The notes under the pieces were generated by a model. The model searched no databases. It was not told the origin of the DNA and saw only the letters and a program-made list of their open reading frames with translations. From Mobula hypostoma (lineage: Eukaryota): DNA of 64,000 nt. The position numbers were made by a program, and so were the translations under genes. This document shows, one piece after another, positions 1 through 12,748 of the stretch (the first letter of the stretch is position 1; each line of letters opens with the position of its first letter). The stretch spans positions 137,702,001 to 137,766,000 of the forward strand of contig NC_086097.1 of the NCBI RefSeq assembly GCF_963921235.1, read 5' to 3'.

Positions 1-115
1 CAAGCATGCAGTGTGTCAATGTGACACCTAGATCACATATCCCAATCCTATTGGATTGCTTTCAAGTTACGCTCTCTCATTTTCAGCGTGCGACAGGTTA
101 GAATCTTTCACTTAC

Positions 116-247
116 TCCTCCTCGTTCCTCAGGAAATCTCTGGCTGTTTGTGTGTGGCTCAGAATAAACCACTGCAAGGCAGTGGGGTCACAAGTGACGG
201 GCACTCTCAGCTGGCCTGTCTTAAGAAGAATAGGTGCAGAAGAGCCT
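116..247 (-). CDS. TCAIM: TCAIM coding exon 9 (GSSAPILLKTGQLRVPVTCDPTALQWFILSHTQTARDFLRNEE)
   Basis: tttcag| acceptor, |gtaagt donor, 132 nt. Confidence 0.93.
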
Positions 248-735
248 CTGAAATGACAGAACAACATCTGGTTAGCGGACACAGTTGAAAGAATGGAGGA
301 GTATAAAGGAACATTTAAAACGTGACCCTGACTGCCTCTCACAACTTCAGAACGTCACAACCAAAGTATTGTTTTTAAAGAGCTATTAGAGGAAACGTCA
401 GAATCAGATTGCAGAAACAAGTGCTCAGAAAGAGCAATGGGACAACTGTTAATTATTTTTGGCTGCGGAGAGGTAACTATTCACTCGGATGCAAGTTAGT
501 CCTTTGCTCTTCAAAAGACTGGTAAAATCTTGAGCAAAAGGTTTTCATTTCTCCTCCGAGTAAAAGTTATGAGACCAGAAAATAACTTGGCACTTTTGAA
601 ATAACAGTGGAACTGGAGGTGGGACAGGGACAAAGCAATTCTTTTTTCTGTTGGAGCACTCAGAGTCTGTGAAAGGCATCCCCAAAGGAGAGTGGACGCA
701 GGGTTTAAGACCAAGGTAGATGTACATGTGTTAAG

Positions 736-1634
736 TGTCATGCCTTGGTTAAGATTTCTATTGCTATGCTGTGAGGTGTTTTTATTTTAATAGTTTTCTG
801 TAAAGCAGTGTATTCTGTAGAGTGTTTTGGCTTTGGCTAAAGATAAAGAGCCATTTTGTCCTAGTTAGGAATGTTGTGTCAGACAATCGGGTTTGTCTTG
901 ATTCACATTGTAACTTCCTGCTCAGTGGGATGCAATGGAAGATTTGGGAGAGCTGGGCGGGATCAGATTTCTGAAAGACAGTAGTCTGGTTTGGGGTCTT
1001 CTGGCAGGATCTGCAGAGCGGGGCACAAGGCAAACTGCTCGCAGAATGCAGAATGCTGCTCGAAGGAGAGACCCCACTGTAAGAAGTATTTTGCGCAGAC
1101 AAATGGTTCCAAGGAATAAGTGCCAGTACTCCTGAGTTAGCCAGTTTGTTCAAGATGGTCTTCGAGGAGAGTTTTGACTGTGGCTGGTGTCTCTCACGCA
1201 GGACATCGGTTCAGTGCGAGGGTAAAGCGATAACACCCGACTACCACAGTAATGAGCTCCAACATTTATGTGCACGATTGGACTAGTTTAACTGTAATAG
1301 GCCCTTTTATTTTTCTTTTCTTTTTCTGTTAACTGTCTGTTAAAGTTGAAATATTGGTAAATACACTTTCTTTGTAATTTTATGCCAGTGTATGATCTGT
1401 TATTTCCTGGACGATTGATAACTGTGTATGGGGCAGTATTTGCACGGCATTCACTACAATCAAAGTTCCTCAACTGGAACATCCCAACTTTTCTGTTTGG
1501 TTGAACCCCAAATCATACCAACCCTAGACATTTATTGCTTATGAAAGGTGGCCTTCTCACTGCTGAGTGACGTGGCTGTTAGCAGAGTTAGCTAGTAAGC
1601 CAAGTTTTTATACGAGCCCGGTGGCAGGGTTACA
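736..1634. mobile_element. Solo LTR (Gypsy/ERV type), 899 bp
   Basis: Starts TGTCA, ends TTACA, flanked by a 4-bp direct repeat TAAG (732-735 and 1635-1638); no coding remnant. Confidence 0.7.
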
Positions 1635-1874
1635 TAAGCAAGGGGCAGGAGTGAGGAGCTAAGGTTACAATTAGATCAGCCATTAATGTGGGTTGAGCAG
1701 GATCAAGGGGCCACTTCATTGTGTACATTTGTAACTGCTGCTTACAAGTAGAAAACAAGTTCTCCATTATATAAATACAACTGAAGTTAAATGCAGCTGA
1801 GATGCCTACTCAGACTGGGCAACTCTTTTGCAGCACGCAAAGCAAAATTACCCTTGGACTTTTCAGACTCCACC

Positions 1875-2453
1875 CATTCACTATTGTTGCAGCTACACAG
1901 GACCCTGGTCAGAGCCCACTTGGGAGTACTGGGCTCAGTTCTGGTCACCACTCTACAGGAAGGATGTGGAAACCATAGAAAGGGTGCAGAGGAGATTTAC
2001 AAGGATGTTGCCTGGATTGGGGAGCTTGCCTCATGAGAAAAGGTTGAGTAAACTCGGCCTTTTCTCCTTGGAGCGACGGAGGATGAGAGGTGACCTGACA
2101 GAGATGTATAAGATGATGAGAGGCATTGATCATGTGGATAGTCAGAGGCTTTTCCCCAAGGCTGCATTGGCTAGCACGAGAGGGCGCAGTTTTAAGGTGT
2201 TTGGAAGTAGGTACAGAGGAGATATCAGGGGTAAGTTTTTTTTTCGCAGAGAGTGGTGAGTGTGTGGAATGGGCCGCCGGCGACGGTGGTGGAGGATAAG
2301 ATAGGGTCTTTTAAGAGACTCCTGGATAGGCATATGGAGCTCAGAAAAATAGAGGACTATGGGTAACCCGAGGTAATTTCTAAGGACATGTTCGGCACAG
2401 CTTTGTGGGCCGAAGGGCCTGAATTGTGCTGTGGGTTTTCTATGTTTTTCTAT
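1875..2453 (+). mobile_element. CR1 LINE 3' fragment
   Basis: ORF2 C-terminus (QFWSPLYRKDVETIERVQRRFTRM, FSLERRRMRGDL) plus a TTTCTATG-type tail. Confidence 0.9.
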
Positions 2454-2550
2454 TTCGGCCTCTCAGAGCAAGTCATGCACAGTACCCTAACAACTTCAGA
2501 GGCAAAGCTCAGACACTCATGGATCAGACTTTTTGTTTGCTGTCACTCAC

Positions 2551-2783
2551 TTTTCTAGAATCATCTGCAGTCCTTTTAGACTTCGTGGATGAAACAGAGG
2601 TCGGTTGACAGTCAAATTCTGATGGAAGACTGTTAACATTCTGTAATAATCCTCTAGCATCATCACAGGCTGCAGGTCTTCATTGTAAATTAACTCCATG
2701 TCTCCCAGAAGGAAGCTGATCCTCTCTTCCAACAAGCAAACATGGTGGTGAAGATCATAGTAGGTAGGCAACCTCTCCAACAG
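2551..2783 (-). CDS. TCAIM: TCAIM coding exon 8 (LLERLPTYYDL...FHPRSLKGLQMILE)
   Basis: Within ORF 2547..2840; |gtgagt donor; 233 nt. Confidence 0.95.
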
Positions 2784-3505
2784 CTTCAAGTAAGAACAGG
2801 TTAAAGATTTATTGCAATAATCTTTGGTGTATTTACACATATCTCAAGCACTTTATTCCTTTGTTACATTCGTTACTTGCCTCTCACCTCTTACGGAATT
2901 TGGTACTCATCCTAATATCAACTATCGTAATTAGCATCAAGTCCTGTTCACTTTTCACTCCTCATTGCTCACCTAGATCAAATCATGGCTCAATGCGCAA
3001 ACTGTAAATAAGTCTCATGCTGGCTTTAAGTCCTCCATGGACAGACCCTTCCCAACCTCCAGAAACTCATCCAGGCCAAAAACCTGCTCATCTATGGACT
3101 CCTTTAATTCTACCTCTTAAAGGTCCCAGAGTTCAATTATTGCACCATTAATGCCTCCAGCTGCCAATTTCCTAATGTCTGAAATTTTTTCTGTAAACCT
3201 TTCTCTTTTAAACCGCTTGCTAAGTATTAACTTTTTGACTATTTTTAAGCCATTGATCCTTGCTATCACATCTTGCTATCAAAGATTTCTTGGTGTATAA
3301 CTGGAAGTTGTTTCCCCATGTAACAATATGAAGGGTCAGATAATCTTTATTAACTAGCATGGCATCTTCCTGTCACTCTACGAACATGAAGTGGGCACAG
3401 CCAGACTAAGCTGAGACAATACAATTAGCACCAAAATACTGAACACACAAATGCACAAGCTGTACCTAAGAACATTTGTAGCTGTTACTAATTAGTTTGA
3501 CTTAC

Positions 3506-3597
3506 TTTTGTCCAGTGATGATGGACATCTACAGTTCCCAACATAATCTGCCCTGCGGCATTCATTCCAGAGTGCTCTGCAAAAATTATTGTACACC
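3506..3597 (-). CDS. TCAIM: TCAIM coding exon 7 (GCTIIFAEHSGMNAAGQIMLGTVDVHHHWTK)
   Basis: cacag| acceptor, |gtaagt donor, 92 nt. Confidence 0.95.
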
Positions 3598-5819
3598 CTG
3601 TGCAGAAAACAGCCAAATCCAGAACACAGCATAAGCAGTTTACTTCAACACGTAATGCAGAAAATGTACCACAGACTTCTATTTTAAATTGATTATTTCC
3701 AATTCAAGATTATGGTCACCACATCTCAGGAAGGAAGTTGGGCGTTATGGGGAACACAGTACAGAATTATTATGTGGATATCAGGAGTAAAATGGATAAT
3801 CTAATAGGGCGGACTCCACACCCAGGTGCATGGTCCCTGCATTTGGAAGACTAAGGGTGGGAGTAGTCCTAAAAGGGTGTTTAATCTGATTTAAGGACTT
3901 GGTCAGGAGACAGGTGGTGTCAGTAACAAAAGGCACAACAAGATTCAGGAAATAAACGGGTCATACCAGTGCAAATCTGGAACTCACGTCCAGTCCCACT
4001 CTCTGCCCGCCTCCTCTCGTCTCTCCAAACACTGCAGATGGTGAGGGTCAATTTCAATTTTCAAATTTGAGGGGGGGCAGAATTCCAGGGATGTTTAATT
4101 AAAGCAAGCACATTGTGTTGAGAGAGAATTCGAAGGACTGACCACCTCTTTGTTTCTCAAAGTAACGGAATTGATAAGGAGGTGAGGAGGGATAAGGAAA
4201 ATGCTCAGAAAAGAGGGTAAGGGAGAGAGGAAAGGTTATACATCAAAGTCAATGAACTCATATATCTTAGCTCCAAAGTGGCAGGTAGCTTGGGAAATTT
4301 GAAGCATTAGAGCAGTGTCTTGGTGCAAAGAAAATGGAGCCAGCAGCAGTCTACAGGACAAGAAGCTAAAAGCACACCATAGTTCACTTGCAATTTCCAG
4401 TAAAACCCTATGGTTTCAATGTTAGTGCCCAAGGGTTAGGTTTGAACAGGAATCTGCAGCATGACTGAAAAGCTTGGGAAAGTGTACAGCATTGAGAGAA
4501 GAGCAGAAGGCCCTAGGACTGCATCATGGACGCACGGCCCTTCCTCTGCTCAGACTTCCTTTGGTTCAATAATTTCCCCAAAGAGTCAGAACTGAGAAAA
4601 GCCTGGGAAGTTCTCAGACACGTACTAGTTCTGATTTACAGAGGCAGATTCTCTGCAACCTCCTGCAGGAGGAAGCACGAGGTCAGCCAGATAGGAGATG
4701 TTTGTGACCAAGTACGTGAGTGAATTGAGTGCTGCCACCTTGTTCTAATTCCCATCTGGAAACGTGAACAGTTGGCTCCACACGTCCCAATACTTGCCTT
4801 GTTTGAACTTCCCCGAAGTTCTCCATCATCACAGCACCAAGGTCTTCTAAACACAATATCACAGTGTGATACTGCACATTATGAGGGCTTTCCACACATC
4901 CTACCTGTTCAAAATTTTAAGAGTCTCAGTTACTCCCAGTCCCCTCTCTCCACACAGCCCTACCATGATTTCTCAGATCACAATCACTGTACAAATTAAT
5001 GCTCAGTGCCACCTATTTCCTTTGCCAATTCCTTCGTTCTGTACCTTCTGGTTACAAACCCGTTTACCATAGGAGATACTTTTTTTCTTATTTACTGTAT
5101 CACTATTTGAATACTTCTACTAAGTCTCCTCTTGGCCTTCGCTACTTTGCCAAAGACACGCATAGATCCAAAGTGACCAAGGTAAACGGTCTCCCCTCAA
5201 CCAACACAGCTGGCCTTACCATCCTCCATCACCCCTCCACTGGAGGGAATCGGTGGGCAGGCATCATCTGTGGGGATGGGGGGGATGGAATGAACAGTTA
5301 ACGTTTCGGGTTGAGACTCTTCACTTGGACCAGTTGACATGTCTACTGCTGTCCAGCTGGCTGAGAATGTTCTTATTCTCTTCAATCCCTACAAACCCCA
5401 GTAACAGCCAACAAACCTCCTGCAATGCCTTTAGTCACGGTCAGTGAGCCACAAGTACTGAAAGAGAAAGAAGAAAGGCTCTTGGAGAGGCCATTCTGCC
5501 CCACGAAGCCATTCCTGTATTCAAAAGGATCATGGCAGACCTGCAGCTCAAATTGGTTTATCCTTCAATGCTCTAAGCCAACCGAATTCCCGGAGATTCT
5601 GATTATCCTCTGATTCCCACTATGCTTTGGCTGAGCGATTAGCAGGTTCCAGTCACCCTTTGCTTTCAGGGCTCCCTGATCTCATTTGTGAGAAACCAGT
5701 CTCCTTATCCGTGGCAACTCTGCCCGAGGAAACGTTCTGCTCTGGAGAGTTTAGCTTAGGGGTCAGCAATCTCACCCCCAGGGCAAAATCAAGTCCTGTC
5801 CCACTGCTGACATCTCAGA

Positions 5820-6135
5820 ATGTGAGCCACAGTGCTGGGGGAGAGTCACACTGTTAAAGACACAGTGCCATGGATGACTCATTTAACTGGGGCACTCCTT
5901 TCTTCACGTGATCAGAAACATCCCATAGACTATGTCAACAAAGTTCTCATTACTGTACCGCCAACACTAATGAAACTAGAAGTGATTATCTGGTCATTAT
6001 AACATTGCTGTTTATGGGAGCTTGCTATGCATAACATGGCTGCCATGTTACCTGCGTCACAACAGTGATTACACCACACATTAACTCATTGGCTTAATAG
6101 CAATTTGGAATTTGTTGAGGTGCTGAAAGACACCG
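5820..6135 (+). mobile_element. Old Deu-domain-type SINE (SacSINE1/AmnSINE-like), degenerate
   Basis: Resembles the remembered GATTATCTGGTCATTAT...TTGCTGTTT.TGGGAGCTTGCT core and 3' tail. Confidence 0.55.
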
Positions 6136-6240
6136 GGGAAGCAATTTACGTGTTTTATTTTTCATAAAGCACATAAATCAAACCCTGGGGGGCAAATCAA
6201 ACAGTTAGGTCATCAAACAGTGTCAGCAGAGGAAGTAAAA

Positions 6241-6418
6241 ACAAGATGCTTGAGGAACTGAGTGAGTCAAGCAGCATCTGTGGACTGAAAGAGATGAAGG
6301 GTCTCAACCCACAACATCAACTATTCATTTCCCTCCACTGATGCTGCCTGACCCACTGAGATCCACCAACACTTTGCTTTTTGCTCCAGGCGGCAGCATC
6401 GGCCATCTCTCGTGCCTC
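6241..6418. mobile_element. Degenerate palindromic Penelope-derived short element
   Basis: Inverted arms around GATGAAGGGTCTCAACCC. Confidence 0.65.
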
Positions 6419-6532
6419 AATGTCAGTGGGAGGTGGTTAAAGGCGGTTAAGTGGCGCAGAATGAATTCTGGATACAGGTTTTACTTGCATACCATCAGTC
6501 TGTCGAGAGCGGGTGAGTATCTGAAGACACAC

Positions 6533-6630
6533 CTTTGATATTGTGCAAGACTGCAGAGTTCTGCTGGGCAAATCGGTTCAGGCTGTGCAGCTGGCTGCAC
6601 CGATGAGCCACTCCCCAACTCTTCCGCCAT
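6533..6630 (-). CDS. TCAIM: TCAIM coding exon 6 (WRKSWGVAHRCSQLHSLNRFAQQNSAVLHNIK)
   Basis: GT-AG bounded, 98 nt, strong match to the human WQRSWGIAHRCSQLHSL segment. Confidence 0.95.
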
Positions 6631-6782
6631 CTAAGCCAAGAAGAAAATTAGGATCAACTTACCACAGCACAGCTCCATGAACTAAAGGATCAGAAGCATT
6701 TTTACAACTTCAATTTATCAAAGTGTGTGTGCATGGGACAGCGTGAGTGAAGCACACCTTTTCTGAAGTTTGTGGGTTAAAG

Positions 6783-7992
6783 CAGCGGTCCCCAACCACC
6801 GGGTCGCAGACCGGTAAGGGGCCGCAAAGCATGTGCTACCGGGCCGCGAGGAAACGATATGATTTGGCGATATGAGTCAGCTGCACCTTTCCTCATTCCC
6901 TGTCACACCCACTGTTGAACTTGAACACATGCGAGGTCATTACCCTCGCGTCATCCATGTCGGCGCGGGAAGGAGATCAACTCCTCAAGCTTGCAAATGA
7001 CGACGGGCTGAAAAGTATGTTTAACATAACATCTCTGCCGGCATTCTGGATCAAAGTCAAGGCTAAATATCCTGAGACAGCCACGAAAGCACTGAAAACG
7101 TTGCTTCCATTTCCAACATATCTCTGCAATGAATGCAACGAAAACTAAATTGCGGAATAGACTGGACATAAGGAGCTCCCTTCGAGTATCGCTGTCTCCC
7201 ACCACCCCTTGATAGAACCATCTTGTTACAGGGAAACAAGCCCAGGGCTCCCACTGATTCAGCGATATTGGCGTGTTGCAATTATTTTATATGTTCATAC
7301 AGGGAAAATATGTGCTGTGTGTTTAATATCCAAACGTTACTTAAAATGTTATGATGCTTTAAGTGACTTATATAACCATAATCACAATTACAGCACGGAA
7401 ACAGGCCATCTCGACCCTTCTAGTCCGTGCTGAATGCTTACTCTCACCTAGTCCCACGACCTGCACTCAGCCCATAACCCTCCATTCCTTTCCTGTCCAT
7501 ATAGCTATCCAATTTTTCTTTAAATGATAATATTGAACCTGCCTTTACCACTTGTACTGGAAGTTCATTCAACACTTGCTTCAAGCTCCCCTGTCCTCCC
7601 CTGATAATTGACTTATCACTATATTCATGTGAGGAAAATATGCGCTGTGTGTTTAATATTAAAATCGTTAGATAAACCCTTTTAGAAACAAAATTGAGTG
7701 TATTAGCCACTTATCACCTATATTCCGGTCGTGATTAACACCCCCCCCCCCACCAAACAGAATCGCCAAAAACGATTTGGAGGGAAAAAAAATTGGTACG
7801 TACACGCATGAGCACTGGTGCCCGCGCATGGCTTCATGGTAATTATAGTCTTTCTAGGGGTTAACACAACGTATTTGACTGCTACTCTTGTCTGTTGGCA
7901 ACCCTACCCCCCACCCCCACCGGTCGGCCGGTCCGCAAGAATGTTATCAATAATAAACCGGTCCGCAATGCAAAAAAGGTTGGGGACCCCTG
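6783..7992 (+). mobile_element. Non-autonomous hAT (Charlie/Buster-like) transposon with transposase C-terminal remnant
   Basis: TIRs CAGCGGTCCCCAACC / GGTTGGGGACCCCTG; 8-bp TSD ggttaaag / agttaaag; remnant FWIKVKAKYPETATKALKTLLPFPTYLC...TKLRNRLD of the hAT dimerisation domain. Confidence 0.9.
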
Positions 7993-9479
7993 AGTTAAAG
8001 CACCACACCAGAGACCTGACCATTAAATCTGAGGGGCTGCCTTTCACTGGAAATATTAAATGAGGTCTGTATGCCATCTTCCAGGAGAGGGTAAAAGATT
8101 CCACAACTTACTTCAAGGGAAGGAAGGGAATCTCTCTGATGGCCAAGTTTGACTGCTGGATTTTTCCATGTAACAATGAGTGGAGTTTTTCATTTTATAC
8201 TTTTGAATATGTGCAAGATCCAGTTGGTTTCCCTTACTGATACCAGTTCCCTCCCAGTCCGCTGATCACAGTGTTTCTAAAGTCCATTTCTGGGAAATGA
8301 CATGATGACAAGGCCCAACCTTTTTCCTTGAGAAGGCGTAAGGAAAGCTGCAGTGAGGTAGATAGTTCTAGAATCAGACCCAGCAACAGGGATTGACTAC
8401 CTATTTCCAAATTAGGCCGCTGTGTGACTGGGAAGAATCGTGAATGTGGTGGCTTCCCACGCACCTGCTGCCCCTTAGCTTTCCAGCTGGCAGCGATCAC
8501 GAGACTCTCTGAAGCAGTTATGTGAATGATAACCTTGACTGGCCATGACTCATTTATTCAGACACCAGGTCAGTCCTGATCCTTTTATGGATTTTACTGC
8601 AGCGGTGTGAAAACAGGAAGGCCTCTTAATGATCAGCTGAAGCCCTCAATACCGGCACCACTCTGACAGACACTATTATACACTGCAGGTAAACCTACAC
8701 TCTGGGACATAATAAATGAGTGGCTGTATATTTATAAAACAACAGCAAAATATCCCACAGCATTCCATAATGAAGCCATTAAGCCAAGTCTGCATGAATC
8801 CACGTGGAACTCCGGGGAAGATGACCAAAAGCTTAGTAGTGAAGGTTTTGTGGAGTGACTTAAAAGAGACAAGAGTGATGTCGTGTTGCAGTGACAAAGC
8901 TTAGAGTTTACAGAGTTGTGGTGGAAACCCAGGTGGTACAGGATGGACGGTTGGAGACGTGAAAAAGGTTATAGAGAGAGGCCCATGGAGGGATTTGAAA
9001 GGAATGATTAAAAATTTCAATTTAAAATCAGGATGTTGGTGTACGTAAATGAGCACAGAGGGTGCTGGGCAAGTGGGAACTGGGGCAAGTTAATTGACAG
9101 GTAGCGGAGACAGAGCGGGATAATTCTGAAATAACAGGAGTCCAGGCGAGGGTTTCAGTAAACAGGCAGGGTAGGAACAGAATCCGGGTTAGAGTGTTAG
9201 TTCATGGTTAAATAGGACAAAGAGATGGCAAAGGTCTAGTTCAGCTCTACAAATAGGACAAAGAGACGGCAAAAGTCTAGTTCAGCCCTACATCTTGCAA
9301 TGTAACATCGAATTGGAACTTGCCAAAGAAATGTCCAGGATGTGGTAAAGGACTAGATGGGGCTCACACCTCTGAGGCACAAGATCACAAATTAATAAAC
9401 CACACAAGGACACATTTAAAAACCTCTAAATGACACAGTGTTTCTCTCTGTTTCTTGAGTTTGTGTTCAGCATACATAC

Positions 9480-9602
9480 CTGATATCGGTTATCTCCAGT
9501 TGCTGACAAAGCTCTGTTTTTAGGCGTTGAAGGTCATCTCGCAGTGGAAGACTGGCAGTCAGTCTTTCTAAGGCGAGAGATACATTTTTATTCAACCACA
9601 AC
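9480..9602 (-). CDS. TCAIM: TCAIM coding exon 5 (LWLNKNVSLALERLTASLPLRDDLQRLKTELCQQLEITDIR)
   Basis: tttgtag| acceptor, AG|gtatgt donor, 123 nt. Confidence 0.93.
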
Positions 9603-9799
9603 CTACAAAAGGAACATCAAGATCAGTGTCACTGGTCCTTAAAGGCTCTCTGGTCCAAATACACTAATTTCTGGTTTTGAGGGTCACCCAAATTTCAACA
9701 AGTTGGCCACACACTGCCACAGGGATCAGTGCAGGGACCTCAGCATCTGCATTCTGTAACAATAACTGTGAGGGTGGAATTAAAGAACATATCCTAATT

Positions 9800-10480
9800 T
9801 GCTGACAATACAAAGCTAGGTAGAAAAGTGGGCTATGCAGCGGCCACAAGGGATACAAGTTGGTTGAGTGAGAGTGAGAGAGAAAACACAGCAGATAGAA
9901 TATAATGTGGTGAAATGTGAACTTATCCACTTTGACAAGAAAACAGAAGAATTTTTTTTAAAAGGGCGAGCCATTTGGGTGTTCAGCAGGACCTGGGAAT
10001 CCATAGACATGAGCCATCAAGGTTACCATGTAGTTGCAGTGGGGGTGAAGTTTGTCAAGTGACTGGGAGCCCTTTCAAAACGCCAACACAGACCCAGGAG
10101 ACATCAGCTGTGATCATACTGAATGGCAGGCAGGCTTCAGGGGCCTGAGGGGGTGACTCCTGCTCCTGTGGGAGTGGGAGAGTCGAGGACCAGAGAGCTC
10201 AGCCTCAGAATACAAGCATATCCCATCAGAACAGAGATGAGCAGGAATTTCTTTAGCCATAGGAACAGAATCTGTGGTACCTGCTGCCACAAATGGCTGG
10301 GGAGGACAAGTCATTGGGTATATTTAAAGCTGAGGTTGATAGGTTCTTGATTAGTCAGGAAGTTGTGGAAAGAAGGCAGGAGAATGGGGTTGAGAGAGAT
10401 AATAAATCAGCTTGAACGGTGGAATAGACTTGATGGGCCAAATGATCTAATTGTGTTCTTGTGTCTTATGGTTTCTGACT
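9800..10480 (+). mobile_element. Degenerate CR1 LINE fragments
   Basis: RT-region remnant (YNVVKCELIHF), PIRTEMSRNFFS segment and TCTTATGG tail. Confidence 0.7.
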
Positions 10481-10770
10481 TGAGATTCTGTTCCAGTCAC
10501 GCGAGTTGTGTTAAGGAGGTTGTGAACTCTTTCACATCCACTTGAGAGAGGGGTGGGTTATCAGTTTCCATTCTGCACCAGCACTGAGGTGATGGTTGGG
10601 CTGGCTGTTCGAGTCCCTGCAGTGCAGATAAAACACATAAACCTGACCCACAGGCAAGGATGCTGCACACTGAGCCCCAACGTGAAATGTCAACAACGGG
10701 AATTACTTCTCACCAGATGAAGACCCGTCCGCACAACCTAGCTTCTCTAAGAATATGGAGGCACTCATAC

Positions 10771-11020
10771 CTGAGTGTAGGTTCCAGTTGCCGAGCGGAA
10801 CCCAGCTCCTCCTCTGGGTCCTGGTATCCTGTGAAGGTGTAATACGTCTTATCCCACCGGATGGGTCGACTGAATGGAATGGTTCCATTTTTATGAGAGA
10901 AGTCCACAGCAACCTCTGACTGCTGCACATGGTCACTGGATAAATTGCAGCATTTCAAGATATTTACAACAGTACTGAGAAGGTCCTGAGTATGAAGGGT
11001 GAAGCTGACAATTCGAAACC
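10771..11020 (-). CDS. TCAIM: TCAIM coding exon 4 (GFRIVSFTLHTQDLLSTV...IRWDKTYYTFTGYQDPEEEL...PTLR)
   Basis: ttatttcag| acceptor, AG|gtatga donor, 250 nt. Confidence 0.95.
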
Positions 11021-11778
11021 CTGAAATAAATCATTTGCCTTTAACTTTCCAGCTTAAGCAAAATAATTGTTTATTAACCTTATTAAAACAAACTTACTAA
11101 AGCACATTGCGAAATCCACACAAGAAGAGGCGATTCAGCCCAATGACTACTCTTCAACTGGACCCATTCATCCTGCTCATGGTCCTGGACCAGGACTTAA
11201 ACCAAACAATTCCTGATTCAGTAGCTAGGCAAGAGGTGATGGGCACAGACTTTGTTCAGTTACCGAGAAGCTGGGTCTGTTCTCCCTGGATTGGAGGGGA
11301 TTAAGGGGTACACCACAATTGAGGTGTATACAATAGATACAGGAATTGTTTCCCAAATTAGAGAAAGATAATACTGGAGCATGCAAGTTTAGGGTATGGG
11401 GTAAGAGATTCAGATGGGATCTGAGGGGGAACCTTTTTACCCAGAGAGGAGTGAGTACCTGGAGAGCCCGCCTGACAGAGTGGTGGAAGTAAAGTCACCG
11501 ACACCATGTAAAAAGTGTCGAGATCAGCATGTGGATCACCTGGTATAGAGTGCGATGGACTAGGTGCTGGGCAAAGGGCTTAATACAGATGAGTTCTCAC
11601 TGGTTGGCATGGATGAGCTGGGCTGAATGGCCTGTTTCCACGCTGTACATTTCTATAGCTCTATGCCTCCAGTGTGTCCTGCTTTGAGACTCCACATACC
11701 AAAACCATTCTGACAAAGGCTTTAAGTCAAGCATGTTGCAAGTGCAATCATGTCAATGTGACAACTGACTTGACAGAC

Positions 11779-11929
11779 CTGAAGTATTCACGCACTGAGC
11801 AACACTCGCATTGCCTGCGGTCTCTCTGACATAGAAAGTGAGCTGGGTCGGTTGAGGAGTTCTGTGCCCAGGTCGCTGCAGACACTCCAGATGGTTATTC
11901 AGCTTCTTGAGAGAATTCTCATTCACGTC
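11779..11929 (-). CDS. TCAIM: TCAIM coding exon 3 (DVNENSLKK...PTQLTFYVRET...NTS)
   Basis: GT-AG bounded, 151 nt, lies within ORF 11753..12067. Confidence 0.93.
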
Positions 11930-11973
11930 CTGCACAAAAAAAACAGATTTTCTTACAGCACCTTGCAGAACTA

Positions 11974-12496
11974 CAGTATTGTGCAAAAGTCTTGGGCACA
12001 TGTATATAGCTAGGGTGCCCAAGATTTTTGTGCAGCATTGTAGTAATTTTATGCACTGTACTGCCACAAATATCAGACTTCAAGACATATGTGAGTGATG
12101 ATAAACCTGATTCTGATGCGAGTCTCTATGGTGGGCTGAGAGTGGGAAGGGGGCTGTGAGAGGGGAATCATGGTTGGGAAAAAAGGAGGGAGTGGAAAGC
12201 ACCAGAGAAACATTCTGAAATGATCAATAAGCCAATGTCTGGAATCAACTGACTTTGCCTGGCGTCTCAGGGCTGGGTGTGTCTGCACCCACACCACCCC
12301 CTGCCCCTGGCACTCCTTCTCTGCCACTTGTCCCACACCCCTCCCACGGCGCTCCGCCCTTGCCATTCCCAATATCCTTTGCTCCCACCAGATTTTAGAA
12401 ACTTGCTCTCCACCCCACATTGACAAATACAATACTGTGAAGGAGTCTTAGGTTCCTTAGCTATATACATGTGCCTAAGACTTTTGCACAGTACTG
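11974..12496. mobile_element. Tc1/mariner-like compound MITE
   Basis: TIR CAGTA(C/T)TGTGCAAAAGTCTT(A/G)GGCAC at both ends with TA TSD; each end is itself a 67-bp hairpin unit. Confidence 0.85.
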
Positions 12497-12615
12497 TAAC
12501 TCAAAGGATTTTATAGACGGAATAGTAAAAGCTGTTCCAATAACTGGCCTCTAGGCCCTCAAAAACCTCTCAAGGCATTAATTTCTTCAGCACAGCACCC
12601 ACCCACACCACTTAC

Positions 12616-12748
12616 CCTCTCTCTCGGATGTTGGCCAAAGAAATCTGGGTGTACAGCGAGGTAGAATGGCCTCAGTGCATTCATGGCATCAGTAACTGAG
12701 AAGGTTCTCACACAGCGAGCATGTTGATTACCTCCTGTGATACAAAGC
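12616..12748 (-). CDS. TCAIM: TCAIM coding exon 2 (LCITGG...ALRPFYLAVHPDFFGQHPRER)
   Basis: cag|G acceptor, AGG|gtaagt donor, 133 nt, conserved HPD-containing motif. Confidence 0.95.

Noticed and set aside
4526-4723. FPKESELRKAWEV...FSATS resembles a THAP domain segment
   Set aside because: The C2CH ligands and the CSxHF motif are not visible; too weak without an HMM search (Pfam THAP on all frames of 4300-4900).
9211-9292. 41-bp direct duplication (AAATAGGACAAAGAGA.GGCAAA.GTCTAGTTCAGC.CTAC x2)
   Set aside because: Simple local duplication in intronic sequence with no sign of function.
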